In this document: piece by piece, positions 30,877 to 40,789 of the stretch
Layout: each line of letters begins with the position of its first letter
Numbering within the stretch: position 1 is the first letter of the stretch
Origin: Deltaproteobacteria bacterium
Lineage (GTDB): Bacteria > Bdellovibrionota_B > Oligoflexia > Oligoflexales > Bog-1112
DNA: 64,000 bases
Reading direction: 5' to 3'
NCBI GenBank assembly: GCA_020635195.1
Contig: JACKAG010000006.1
Coordinates: 4,010-68,009, forward strand
The notes under the pieces: generated by a model
Database searches by the model: none
Told to the model about the DNA's origin: nothing
The model's input: the letters and a program-made list of their open reading frames with translations, nothing else
Position numbers and translations under genes: made by a program

Positions 30877-31640
30877 AGCTGAGACTCAAAATCTGGAGGC
30901 AGAAATCCCAGGACTCAGACGGAGCGTTTGAAAACTACGAGCTCGATGGAGTGAGTTCCGGGATGTCCTTTCTTGAAATGCTTGATTTTCTCAATGAAAG
31001 ACTGGTGAGTGAAGGCCGAGAGCCCGTTGCATTTGATCATGACTGCCGCGAGGGGATTTGTGGGGCATGCTCCCTTATGATCAATGGTGCTGCACACGGA
31101 CCTCAGCAGGAGGTCACAACCTGTCAGCTACATATGCGAGCCTTCCGGGACGGGGATGAAATTTGCATAGAGCCCTGGCGCTCCGCTGCTTTCCCGGTTC
31201 TGAAAGATCTGATTACAGACCGTTCTGCCCTGGATCGGGTCATGCAGGCAGGGGGCTTTGTTTCTGTATCGACAGGTGGTGTACCTGATGCCAATACGAT
31301 TCCGGTTTCAAAAAATCTGGCAGACCTTGCGATGGACGCAGCGGCCTGTATCGGCTGCGGAGCCTGTGTTGCTGCCTGCAAGAACTCTTCTGCCATGCTT
31401 TTTGTGTCTGCCAAGGTTTCTCAGCTGAGCCTGTTACCGCAGGGACAGCCTGAGCGAGGCCGACGGGCTTTACGGATGGTCGGACAGATGGACAAAGAAG
31501 GCTTTGGGCATTGCACGAATACATCTGCTTGTGAAGCTGCATGTCCGAAGCATATCAGTGTCAGTCATATTGCAAGACTGAACAGGGAATATCTCAAAGC
31601 CTCCTTATGCGGAGGAGAGGAAGAGCTTCTTTCGGATTAG
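30873..31640 (+). CDS. sdhB: Succinate dehydrogenase/fumarate reductase iron-sulfur subunit
   Basis: Cys clusters [21 protein letters not shown] and [12 protein letters not shown]. 4-nt overlap with sdhA. Confidence 0.95.
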   Translation: MKLRLKIWRQKSQDSDGAFENYELDGVSSGMSFLEMLDFLNERLVSEGREPVAFDHDCREGICGACSLMINGAAHGPQQEVTTCQLHMRAFRDGDEICIEPWRSAAFPVLKDLITDRSALDRVMQAGGFVSVSTGGVPDANTIPVSKNLADLAMDAAACIGCGACVAACKNSSAMLFVSAKVSQLSLLPQGQPERGRRALRMVGQMDKEGFGHCTNTSACEAACPKHISVSHIARLNREYLKASLCGGEEELLSD

Positions 31641-31776
31641 CTTTTTTCTGACAGAGAAGATGTCTGACTCTGCCGCAGCTGCCATCTTGTGCTTACGCGC
31701 ATACGCTCAGAGCATAATGATCCACTGCTTTTAAAGCATCTGATTTTAATTTGTTTTTTTAAAAGGACCTGTTGTT

Positions 31777-32301
31777 ATGGGGAGTCCTTCTGACTGGCCG
31801 GTACCAGCTACTCTGATTTATCTGTTCCGGGATGATCAGGTTCTGCTACTCAGGAGAAATAAAAAAGCCGGTGATACTCACCAGGGTAAATATGTTGGCC
31901 TGGGAGGGAAGCTTGCACCCGGAGAGTCCCTCCTTGAGTGTGCCGTCAGAGAAGTTTATGAAGAAAGTGGCTTTATCCTGGAACCCTCTTCGCTCTGTTT
32001 TCGTGGGCACCTCAACTGTCCTGGCTTTGACAGGAAAGGGAGGGACTGGCTGGTATTTGTCTACAGCTGTCATCAGTTTTCCGGAAATCAGACTTCTGTC
32101 TGTCAGGAAGGGGAGCTTGTATGGGTGGACAGAAGCAAGATACAGTCCTTTCCTATGTGGGAAGGCGACTACCGTTTTTTAAACTGCCTTCTGGCCGGAG
32201 AGAATTTTGATATGACAGTCCGTTATGAAGGAGAGGCTCTGAAAGAATGTCGCCTTAATATTCTGGCACAGGCATTCCGGATAACCGGGCCAGAGGAGTA
32301 A
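31777..32301 (+). CDS. NUDIX hydrolase
   Basis: NUDIX box GGKLAPGESLLECAVREVYEESGF. Confidence 0.85.
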   Translation: MGSPSDWPVPATLIYLFRDDQVLLLRRNKKAGDTHQGKYVGLGGKLAPGESLLECAVREVYEESGFILEPSSLCFRGHLNCPGFDRKGRDWLVFVYSCHQFSGNQTSVCQEGELVWVDRSKIQSFPMWEGDYRFLNCLLAGENFDMTVRYEGEALKECRLNILAQAFRITGPEE

Positions 32302-32307
32302 AAGGTT

Positions 32308-33372
32308 TCAGTCTTTCAGAATCCGGATTTTATTACGTAAGCGCTCTTCTTTCAGCCAGCTGGTCAGCTGACGCCCAAGCTCTTTTTGCCGCAATTCATA
32401 CGTGATCTGTTTTTTCTTTTCAGAATTTTTTCTGAATTCAGAGTCAACGCCTGTCTTTTTATCTTCCAGAAAGAAGATATAGACCTGGTCCTCAATCTCT
32501 ATGGGTTTTGTGAACTGTCCTTTTTCCAGAGAACTTACAGCATCCCGGATGGTACTGTTGAGGTCATTCAGCTTAAATTCAGTCGCGTCATCGACTTTAT
32601 CCTGACCAGAATGAAGTTTCTCTGCTTCCGTGAAGCTCATCCCTCCGGACAATTTTTTATATATTTCCTGTGCATAGTCGACTCTGGCCCTCCTGACTGC
32701 TCCGGAGTCTCTCGGGAGAGAGACGACAATCTGCCGTAAAGAGAGGAGAACCGAGCCATGCTCACCATGGCTGTGCTGCTTCAGATAATAGGATTCGACA
32801 TCCTTGTCTGTAAGTTTAACCAGAGGCATGATAACCCGCCCCTGAAACCTCATAAACAGAAGCTGCGCTTTCATATCCTTCAGGTATTCATCAAAGGATT
32901 TTCCTTCTTTTTCAACTTCATACTTTAACTGTTCTCTGCTCAGATGATACTGGTCACAGATCCTCTGTAAATGCTCTTCAAGAACCTCATCTGAGATCTG
33001 TAGTTCAATTTTTGCTGCGTATGCTCTGATCAGTCGCCAGTTGATTTCATCCTGAAGCGCCTGCTTATATGCTGTGTCTGACGGGGACGCCGGAAAGGGA
33101 TTCACGCGAATCCGGGGACCTTTCGTTATTTTTGTCTGAATTGTGCTGTGGAAGATAGGCTCTTCTGATCCGACTTCTGCGACAAGTCTGTCAAGCAGGA
33201 TACGTCCAGCTGGCTGCGACTCATGAGCCTGCTTAGCTCTGGCAGATGGACTGTTTATGGTAAGAAAAGAGAGCGGGATGATCACAAGGCAGGTCGTAAT
33301 CGTGACAAGACGGATTACCAGAGAGTGCCTGGAGTGCTGATGCGGGTTGAATGGAGTGCGAAGTCGACCCAT
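32308..33372 (-). CDS. SurA-like periplasmic chaperone (no obvious parvulin signature)
   Basis: N-terminal TM/signal segment LVIRLVTITTCLVIIPLSF. A SurA_N-like helical region, plus genomic pairing with the parvulin gene. Low-specificity call. Confidence 0.5.
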   Translation of the reverse strand: MGRLRTPFNPHQHSRHSLVIRLVTITTCLVIIPLSFLTINSPSARAKQAHESQPAGRILLDRLVAEVGSEEPIFHSTIQTKITKGPRIRVNPFPASPSDTAYKQALQDEINWRLIRAYAAKIELQISDEVLEEHLQRICDQYHLSREQLKYEVEKEGKSFDEYLKDMKAQLLFMRFQGRVIMPLVKLTDKDVESYYLKQHSHGEHGSVLLSLRQIVVSLPRDSGAVRRARVDYAQEIYKKLSGGMSFTEAEKLHSGQDKVDDATEFKLNDLNSTIRDAVSSLEKGQFTKPIEIEDQVYIFFLEDKKTGVDSEFRKNSEKKKQITYELRQKELGRQLTSWLKEERLRNKIRILKD

Positions 33373-34343
33373 TTCTGATAAGCCTTTTCTTGTTCCTGTC
33401 GGGACAGGTGTTCTCTGATGACCGGAGTTGCTTCCTCTAACGTCAGGAAGTGTTCCGGAATTTTTTTCTCCAGCATAATGATGTGAAACCCATATGTCGA
33501 CTTCAGAATCTCACTGATCTGGCCATGCCTCATAGAAAACGCGACATCAAAAAAATGAGGCATCCTGTATCCTTTTGAAAAAGAAGGGAAAAGACCGCCG
33601 TCTTGGGCCTCAGGAGAGATAGAGTGGGCGATCGCTGTTTTAGCAAAATTGCTGCGTGTTACGGTTGATTTAATCTTTCTGGCCTTTCTTTCATCGGCAA
33701 GAACAATCTGACGGATCACAACCTGGAGCGGCTGAAAAAAAAGATTTTTATTCTTACGGTAATAATCAGAGATATCGTCTTCTGAAATATGGATCTGAGA
33801 GTAAAGCACCTCTTTAAGGTACTGGCGGATCACATCCTGTTCACACAATCTTGCTTTGAGAAAGGCTTTGTCTTGCTCTGAGCTGAAGAGCTTTGGCTGA
33901 GACTGGAGGGCAAGCATCCAGCTGCGGACACACTCAGTATATCGCCCGGGATCATCCAGGGAAAAGTTTTCATCTTTGCTGACGATCTGATAAAGCATGA
34001 GCCTCTCAACCAGACTATCGATAATATTTTCTTTCAGAGGACGGCTGATTTGTCCTGACTCCGGATAAGTTTCTGGAATAGAACTGATATCCTGTTCCTG
34101 CAGATGAGTGGTCAGAACTTTCATTTCAAATTCAACATTTTCCTGCTTAATTTCGATGTCATTCACAGTTACAAGAATATCGTGATCTTTCTGTTGTGTA
34201 TGATATCTGTTACGAATCATTCTGCTGTGACTGTTCTGGGTATTCATCGTCTGCCATATCCAGGCGCCCAAAGCAAAGCAGATGATGAGCAGAAAAGGAA
34301 AGATGGTTTTACTGCTCATGAAAATATAATCCTTATAAGACAA
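33315..34343 (-). CDS. Parvulin-type peptidyl-prolyl isomerase (PrsA/PpiC-like)
   Basis: Signal anchor IFPFLLIICFALGAWIW. C-terminal FDVAFSMRHGQISEILKSTYGFHIIMLEKK is the rotamase motif. Confidence 0.7.
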   Translation of the reverse strand: MSYKDYIFMSSKTIFPFLLIICFALGAWIWQTMNTQNSHSRMIRNRYHTQQKDHDILVTVNDIEIKQENVEFEMKVLTTHLQEQDISSIPETYPESGQISRPLKENIIDSLVERLMLYQIVSKDENFSLDDPGRYTECVRSWMLALQSQPKLFSSEQDKAFLKARLCEQDVIRQYLKEVLYSQIHISEDDISDYYRKNKNLFFQPLQVVIRQIVLADERKARKIKSTVTRSNFAKTAIAHSISPEAQDGGLFPSFSKGYRMPHFFDVAFSMRHGQISEILKSTYGFHIIMLEKKIPEHFLTLEEATPVIREHLSRQEQEKAYQKWVDFALHSTRISTPGTLW

Positions 34344-34388
34344 CTCTGTTCAGATATTTTTTTGCTTCTGATCAGGCTAAAAAGCATC

Positions 34389-35444
34389 TCAGAGTTCAAT
34401 TTCAATGTCCTCAAGATCATCTTCAGAAGGAGCCGACGTTGATAATGTGCTACCGGAAGGCTGTGGAATCACAGGATGCTCCGACAAGAGTTGTCCGCTT
34501 GTTCGTTGAGTCATATCAGATCTTTTATAATGATCATTATCCTCATGTTTTTTAAATGCATCCAGAATACTTCGATATTGATTCATCCATATTCTGCTTT
34601 TTTTGAGTATTTCCATAAAAAATTCTTTATGATCATTTTCATTGTCAGATAACATGGTCTGACAAAGCTTATTAGCTTTATAAAACTGAAACGTCTGACA
34701 ATAGAGTCTGGTCTGTAACATCATTCGCTCTGTATTTAGTGTATTAAAAATACTTAATTTCTCTGCTATTTCAATCGCATCACAATAATAATTCTCTGAT
34801 CTGGCATATAATTTCATGAGATCCCAAGCCGCCCATAAGAGCGTGGGATCTTTTCTGAGTACGTTTTTCAAAATTTTTGAAGCATCTTTTGAACGGTTTA
34901 TATTCTGATATACATAGCTAGAAATTCGCTCGCAGCTCTGATTATTGGCAGATATGCGAAAATTTTTTATTAAAAATTCTATTTTTTTTATATCATTTTT
35001 TTTCATACAGTGATGAATTTCAGATTGATAATAGGACGACGATCCAATCATCTCATGATCATAGATAGCTTTGTTTACAAATGCTTTCAGATGACTCGCT
35101 CTCATTTTTCCTGAAAATATTTTTTCAATACCCAGTTCATTCAGAAGATTCAAAACAGCATCAGATGGTTGACCATCATCATCAAGAATAATAATTTTTC
35201 GACAGAGGACAGGATTACCTTTTGAAAGAGAGGGCAACAAGGACGATATATTCTGAAGACGATCCTGTGTCAGGACCACAGCATGAATATACTGATGATG
35301 GTCTGGAAGTTTCTCCGATGAAAGGAGATTGATTCCTGGTGTTTTTGAAAGGAACTGTGTGAAGGCAGGATATATTCCTTCAACAACAAATTTAATTGGA
35401 TTTTCTGCTATTGAGACATGAGTCTCATGCTCTGCATTCGTCAT
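34389..35444 (-). CDS. Hypothetical protein, possibly a pseudo-receiver plus TPR-like helical repeats
   Basis: 351 aa and AT-rich. HAVVLTQD...RKIIILDDDG...LGIEKIFSGKM...LKAFV follows the strand/helix order of a CheY-like fold without the canonical acidic pocket. The C-terminal half is helical, and the tail is acidic (EDDLEDIEIEL). Confidence 0.4.
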   Translation of the reverse strand: MTNAEHETHVSIAENPIKFVVEGIYPAFTQFLSKTPGINLLSSEKLPDHHQYIHAVVLTQDRLQNISSLLPSLSKGNPVLCRKIIILDDDGQPSDAVLNLLNELGIEKIFSGKMRASHLKAFVNKAIYDHEMIGSSSYYQSEIHHCMKKNDIKKIEFLIKNFRISANNQSCERISSYVYQNINRSKDASKILKNVLRKDPTLLWAAWDLMKLYARSENYYCDAIEIAEKLSIFNTLNTERMMLQTRLYCQTFQFYKANKLCQTMLSDNENDHKEFFMEILKKSRIWMNQYRSILDAFKKHEDNDHYKRSDMTQRTSGQLLSEHPVIPQPSGSTLSTSAPSEDDLEDIEIEL

Positions 35445-35968
35445 AAGGAAACCGTCATTTTCATATTTCTTTTCATGAGAAACTCCTGAAGATGACGATA
35501 AAAATTTGAATCCTTTAAATTTTTATAGATAATTTCAGATCGATCTGATGAATGATCAATCAGCCTTATAAAAACGTCTGAATCTTCCGGATAATTTTGT
35601 ATAAATTCTTTCATCTGAACCACATAGTAATGTTCAAGCCGAAGAAGTACTTTTGGATACTTATTGTTTCTGCTCCAGGGATGGAGCGTTTTTAAAATCC
35701 ACTCTGCCCTTTTTATCAATTTCTTCATGTCTGCATACGCTCTGCTCTGATCCGGATAGGGGATTCCATATTCAGATTCAGCACATATCAGAGACCAGCA
35801 TTCGTGAATTTGCTCCAGATCATCAATAATAATTGTATTGAGATCATTCCAGTGTTCTTTTCTCTCTGATGAAGGATCGATGTCTGCAAGCTGTGAATAA
35901 ATATTAGAAAAAACGATCAGAACCTGATAGATGCATTGTAAATCACCAAAATTTTGTTCTTGTGTCAT
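35441..35968 (-). CDS. Hypothetical helical protein
   Basis: 175 aa and AT-rich, with a 4-nt overlap with the downstream gene. No recognised domain. Confidence 0.45.
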   Translation of the reverse strand: MTQEQNFGDLQCIYQVLIVFSNIYSQLADIDPSSERKEHWNDLNTIIIDDLEQIHECWSLICAESEYGIPYPDQSRAYADMKKLIKRAEWILKTLHPWSRNNKYPKVLLRLEHYYVVQMKEFIQNYPEDSDVFIRLIDHSSDRSEIIYKNLKDSNFYRHLQEFLMKRNMKMTVSL

Positions 35969-36107
35969 CCAAAGCTTTCCTGATTTTTATTATATAAAAA
36001 TTTTTTATATTTTCCAGTCACTTACTATATAAATGTCATGTTTTGTCCATGATGATCCGATCCGAATGTCAGGATTTTTTTACACACCCCCATTATTTTA
36101 GCAGCTG

Positions 36108-37013
36108 ATGGAGTCAGGATCATTGGAAAAACTTACCTGGCACTCTCTAAAAGGAGGACAGGATGGTGCGAGTTTACTGGAATATCTCATTGCAATGACT
36201 ATTTTTTTGGTCGTTGTATTGGGACTTTTTTCAAATATGGATCATATTATCTATTCTGGAAAACTAAATGAAATTGCACCATCTGTTTATGAAAAGGATC
36301 AGGTTGTCCGCTATGAAATTATTACAACGATGGATTATTTTCAGAGAGAACTGATCATTAATGATTGTCCGGATCTTGACGGAGATCAGATACTGGATGA
36401 AAATGAAATTTTCTTCTGCACCAAACCTGCTGAAAAACTAAAGAACTCCCAGCAAAACTTCACCTTTCCACGAACGATCTACTGGGGAAACCACAATGAC
36501 TTATTTCAGGAGCCCTATGTTCGTAATATTATCAATCAGTTTGATACTCTTGTTGCGAGTATGACAGAAAAAAACTCCGGTAAACTTCATTCCTCCTTCA
36601 CGGAAGCTCTCAAATCATGTGAAAATCAATCCTTTAAGATGGATACAGAAGATATTGCAGACAGAAGCTCTTATTTTGTCTGTGGATTTGGAAAAAATAT
36701 TCTCGTTCAGATAAAAGTCAATTTCTGGGATTTTTTATCAGGATCATCTGCAAAGTGCAGGAATCTGAATGCCAAGCCAGGACGCGGACTTCAGGCTGTC
36801 TATCGATTTTTTCATATTGAGCCATATAAAGATGAAGGAAAGCAATTGTATCGTATTGCAATCCATAGTTCAAAATTATTTATCCCTAAAAAAGTAGATG
36901 CCCATTTTATTCCTTCGAGAAATCTGTGGAGTTCTGAATCTGACCCAAAAGATCATGATGGTGGGTCATCTTCTGATGGGAAACCCGATTATATGAAAAA
37001 CTGCAGATCTTAA
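36108..37013 (+). CDS. Prepilin/TadE-like protein (class III signal peptide)
   Basis: The N-terminus ...KGGQDG|ASLLEYLIAMTIFLVVVLGLF has Gly at -1, Glu at +5 and then a hydrophobic helix. It resembles the TadE N-terminal motif. At 301 aa it is unusually large for a pilin. Confidence 0.6.
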   Translation: MESGSLEKLTWHSLKGGQDGASLLEYLIAMTIFLVVVLGLFSNMDHIIYSGKLNEIAPSVYEKDQVVRYEIITTMDYFQRELIINDCPDLDGDQILDENEIFFCTKPAEKLKNSQQNFTFPRTIYWGNHNDLFQEPYVRNIINQFDTLVASMTEKNSGKLHSSFTEALKSCENQSFKMDTEDIADRSSYFVCGFGKNILVQIKVNFWDFLSGSSAKCRNLNAKPGRGLQAVYRFFHIEPYKDEGKQLYRIAIHSSKLFIPKKVDAHFIPSRNLWSSESDPKDHDGGSSSDGKPDYMKNCRS

Positions 37014-37024
37014 AGGATTTTTTC

Positions 37025-39733
37025 ATGTTTCGTTGTGTTCAACTGATCTCTGTCATGAAAGATATGGTACAGAAGATATCTGGGAATTCTGGCCAGACTC
37101 CTATGTTGCTTGTACTGATGCTAAGTGCACTTGGGGTCACAGTTGGCTCTGTTATGCAAAAATATATAGAAAACTCAAACTATGGTATCCGAATTGAGCA
37201 GGATGATCGTTATCTCAGACAGGGTTGCACCGAAGCAATGGAACAGCTGTCTCAGCTGCTCGGTTCCGGGGTTCTTAATATCAATGAACAAAGCATGCGT
37301 TTTGTTCCCAACAGCCATCTCCCATCATCAATTTCTTCAGAAATTGTCGGCGATCAGATCTCAGAATATCAAAGGGGAGGAAGAAACTGGAATCTTTCTT
37401 CTTCGGATGGCTCTGTGAAAGTACGAACCTGTGCGGAAGTAGAGATGAATGAAGGTGATATGTCCCAGATGATGATGAATACGGATCATACGATTCCGAA
37501 TCAACCATGCCAGCATTCCAGAATGACCGCAACGATCTGGCCTGAGAAAATCCTTGATCCTGTAGAAAACCCAGAATATGAACACCTTGTCTGGAAAAAA
37601 GCAGTAGTCAGGGCAAACTGTCAGATGGATTCCGATAAGAAGACACTGGAGAGCCGGGCACGGATTAACTTTCTTCCTCCCTCCCAGATCTGTAATTTTG
37701 AGAATGAAAAAACAAACCCCTACTGTAGTGTTGATCATTGCCGCTATATGATGCCTTTGATGGTTGAGAATCCGGAGCAAGGATCTTCCGAAAACCGGGG
37801 GGATGTTTATTTTCAGAAAGGGGACCAGTTATCAGAAGATATCAACTTAAAACTTGTGCCTAATCCATCTTATGTCGCAAAGATTAAGCTTCCGGTCCCA
37901 AGGAACATCCCAACCATTGCAGCGTATCGTAACTCAGAGGATGCCGCTGATCAACCACTGGAGCTGATCAGCTTTATTAAACAATCAATATGCGCAGGGC
38001 TTAACAATCCTTTTAAAGGTTATCAGGGTGTAGAAGGGACTTATGATATTGAGGATTATTTTTCGGGAGAGCGGGATGAAAATGGTTTCGTGGAGTTTGG
38101 AATACCGGCCTTTTCTCAGATAGATTCTGATGCAGGTCAACAAGCCCGAAGAGCCTTAACCTTTCAGGGTTACCTTTATTTTGATCGTAACACTGAGTTT
38201 TTTAGTAAAAATCCTGAGACTGGCGGAGGAGGGAGCCTTGCCAGAAACTGGGATACAGAGCTGCAACAACAGGACCCTGAGTATCACAAAAAATTATTAC
38301 ATAACGGCTGTGTGCGGACGGTTGGTGTGAGTGACGCAGATTTTTGCTCAAGGGTCAGACTAACTCATGCTTCATTTTCTTATACTTATCCAAGAAAACG
38401 ATTATGCCACTATAAAGGTCCTTCTTATGACCTGGTAAGCCATGATGAATATAAAAAAATTCTTTCTGAGTTACGTCCGGATCTTGATGTCAGTCGTCTT
38501 TATAAATGGGAAGAAAGTGATCTGTCTCTGATCCCCGAATCATCAGAATGGCGTGATACCAATTATCAACAGACAGGAATTTTTCCTCTTGCAGGGGCTG
38601 AGTCCATTCAGACATACGAAGATCCTCAAATATTTTTTCATCATACAGCAACAGAAACATCATCCTTATCAAAGGAATCCGCAAAAGTTCCTCATGATTT
38701 TAGTGGTGTAATCGAATCGTCCATTGATGCTATCGAGGTCCGGAGTGTCACTGAATCATACCAGAAGATCTGTTCTCAGACAGATGAATCATCCGGACAA
38801 TGTCTGCAATGGGAGGCCGGGGAAAAGCTGACAGATGCAGAAAAAATTGCATTACCGGATGCTGACATGATCACTCAGACCAAACTGAAAGAACGTCAGG
38901 TTATCTTACAATGGAAAGCTGACTGTAGCGAAGTCATCGATACAATTCCCGGAGAAAGCATCGAGATTCAACCTGAAGCTATGGCGTTATGTAACTACAG
39001 AGAAACTCCTGTTCGTCCTGTTGTAGAGAAAAAATTTGATCGTTGTTATTACATTGCTTATTACAACAGTGAAAATCGTCTGGGCTGTACGGTAAATTCG
39101 CCATCTGCTGTAGGTGCAAATCCTTATATATGTCGGAACTCTAATGGCTGTTTTGCCAGAGGAACACCTGTTCTGATGGCGGATGGTCAGAGCAAAGCTG
39201 TGGAGCAGATTGTACAAGGAGACTTTGTCCGGAACCCTGTCACAGGACAATCTTCAAGAGTTTCCGCGGTGACGGTTGGACCTCAGCAGAAACCCATGTT
39301 GCGAATTTTTTACGGAGAAGGAAAAAAACTGGAATCCACATGGAATCATCCGTTTCTGACTCCTGAAGGACTGATGAGAGCGGATCAGTTATCTCCTGGT
39401 CAGAAACTACTATTTTTGGGGGATCATTTGTATTTTACGTCTGTGACCAGGATAGAAGAAATCCCTCTGGATTCAGAGCGTCTGGTCTGGAACCTGCTTC
39501 TTGAAAAAGATGAACTTTCAACATATTCCGATATCAACGGCTCTTTTTCAGAAGATTTCATGAAGATCAAAGATCTTCAGCAACATGTCTTTATTGCAAA
39601 TGGTGTTGTAACCGGGGATTATCACATTCAGAGCCTTGAAAATTTTGAAGAAGTTGCCAAATGGTTTCGCCCAGGAGAGAACTTTCCAGAAGCTGCATCA
39701 GACAATGAGGCTTCGGGAAGGCCGGACAGATGA
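37025..39733 (+). CDS. Large Cys-rich pilin-like (TadG/GspK-style, no Glu+5) protein with a C-terminal Hint domain
   Basis: N-terminus KISGNSG|QTPMLLVLMLSALGVTVGSV. About 20 Cys residues lie in the 700-aa middle region. The C-terminal Hint blocks are CFARGTPVLMADG (Cys709), TWNHPFL (TxxH), VWNLLLE and HVFIANGVVTGD. Confidence 0.7.
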   Translation: MFRCVQLISVMKDMVQKISGNSGQTPMLLVLMLSALGVTVGSVMQKYIENSNYGIRIEQDDRYLRQGCTEAMEQLSQLLGSGVLNINEQSMRFVPNSHLPSSISSEIVGDQISEYQRGGRNWNLSSSDGSVKVRTCAEVEMNEGDMSQMMMNTDHTIPNQPCQHSRMTATIWPEKILDPVENPEYEHLVWKKAVVRANCQMDSDKKTLESRARINFLPPSQICNFENEKTNPYCSVDHCRYMMPLMVENPEQGSSENRGDVYFQKGDQLSEDINLKLVPNPSYVAKIKLPVPRNIPTIAAYRNSEDAADQPLELISFIKQSICAGLNNPFKGYQGVEGTYDIEDYFSGERDENGFVEFGIPAFSQIDSDAGQQARRALTFQGYLYFDRNTEFFSKNPETGGGGSLARNWDTELQQQDPEYHKKLLHNGCVRTVGVSDADFCSRVRLTHASFSYTYPRKRLCHYKGPSYDLVSHDEYKKILSELRPDLDVSRLYKWEESDLSLIPESSEWRDTNYQQTGIFPLAGAESIQTYEDPQIFFHHTATETSSLSKESAKVPHDFSGVIESSIDAIEVRSVTESYQKICSQTDESSGQCLQWEAGEKLTDAEKIALPDADMITQTKLKERQVILQWKADCSEVIDTIPGESIEIQPEAMALCNYRETPVRPVVEKKFDRCYYIAYYNSENRLGCTVNSPSAVGANPYICRNSNGCFARGTPVLMADGQSKAVEQIVQGDFVRNPVTGQSSRVSAVTVGPQQKPMLRIFYGEGKKLESTWNHPFLTPEGLMRADQLSPGQKLLFLGDHLYFTSVTRIEEIPLDSERLVWNLLLEKDELSTYSDINGSFSEDFMKIKDLQQHVFIANGVVTGDYHIQSLENFEEVAKWFRPGENFPEAASDNEASGRPDR
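39149..39619 (+). other. Hint (Hedgehog/intein-like) autoprocessing domain, residues about 709-865 of the 902-aa protein
   Basis: Block A is G|CFARGTPVLMADGQSKAVEQIVQGDFV. Block B is STWNHPFLTPEGLMRADQLSPGQKL. Blocks F/G are RLVWNLLLE...HVFIANGVVTGD. The usual terminal His-Asn plus downstream nucleophile is absent (GD-Y instead). Confidence 0.7.
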
Positions 39734-40650
39734 GCAGAATACGAAGTCGTGTGATCATAAGAAAAAGGCAGAGAAAAAATACCCGATGGTCCATGGAGAG
39801 CGGTGTAAGCTTGCTGGAAATGATCATCGTAATCGGTCTGATGGGTCTGCTTCTGTCTCTGAGCACGGCTGTCTATGTCAATCTCGATCTTTTTACAGGA
39901 CGCTACAAATCCAGGCTCTCCGCAAGAAACGAAGCTCTGCAATTGATTGCTATGATCAGAAGACGTTATAACATTGATCTGATAAAAGAAGATGACCCGG
40001 CAAGGAAAGTGGGGAGTAAGTCAGAGCGTATTGAAGGGAAAATAATGGATAAGTCTGGTGATATGATCCAGGGAGTTCTGAGTGTGATTAATACGATTTC
40101 CACCGTGTCGGAAAATAAATCCGTTGATCTGATGACAATCACGAATGGTTGCGTTGAGTTACCGGATCACCTGAAAAATCAGATTCCCATGTTTAATCAG
40201 GATTATTTTCATGTAGTTTTTGATCAGCTCAGAGTCAGTGATTCATATTCAGATGCGTCTTCATCTCCAGGAATTACTGATTTTGCTACGGTTCAGACGA
40301 CCTGCGAGGAGTATCTTCAGGGATTTCAGTGCGGCTATAATTCAGTTCCTTTTATTTCTTTTGATGATGGCAAAAGAGGACTTCAGATCCCTGCTGATAT
40401 GACAAAAAAGGCACGTTTTACATCTGTCCGGGAAAGCGCTGTAGCAGCCTTTATCTGTGATACAGAATCGTTTGGCGAAGCAGATCTCAGATTATTCAAA
40501 GATATTACGGTCTTTATTGCAACATTTGATATGTCGAAAAAAAATCATCCGGACCCTGCAAAACGACTTCACTGGCAAAAATTCAGGAGTATCTTTTCGG
40601 TTTCCTCTCCTTCTGAAAATGTCGAGTTTATTTCAGACAAGGGTCTGTAG
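39730..40650 (+). CDS. Type IV pilin/pseudopilin-like protein
   Basis: MESG|VSLLEMIIVIGLMGLLLSLSTAVYV is a classical N-methylation-type motif with Glu+5. The start is either the ATG at 39730 (ATGA overlap with the Hint gene stop, giving a long basic leader) or the ATG at 39793 (leader MESG). Confidence 0.65.
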   Translation: MSRIRSRVIIRKRQRKNTRWSMESGVSLLEMIIVIGLMGLLLSLSTAVYVNLDLFTGRYKSRLSARNEALQLIAMIRRRYNIDLIKEDDPARKVGSKSERIEGKIMDKSGDMIQGVLSVINTISTVSENKSVDLMTITNGCVELPDHLKNQIPMFNQDYFHVVFDQLRVSDSYSDASSSPGITDFATVQTTCEEYLQGFQCGYNSVPFISFDDGKRGLQIPADMTKKARFTSVRESAVAAFICDTESFGEADLRLFKDITVFIATFDMSKKNHPDPAKRLHWQKFRSIFSVSSPSENVEFISDKGL

Positions 40651-40789
40651 CGCTTACCTGAAAGATCGTCCTGACTTATCCTGAAAAATTTTTATGTTAA
40701 ATTTGCACTCTTCGGTCTGTTTTTAAACAAAAAAGTCATATTTTATTTGTATTTTCCGATGCTCATATAGAGGTTTTTAAGGAGATGAT

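Noticed and set aside
39149-39619. True (splicing) intein inserted in a host protein
   Set aside because: There is no C-terminal His-Asn, no +1 nucleophile and no meaningful C-extein (only 37 residues). There is also no homing-endonuclease insert. I interpret it as a terminal Hint/BIL-type autoprocessing domain instead.
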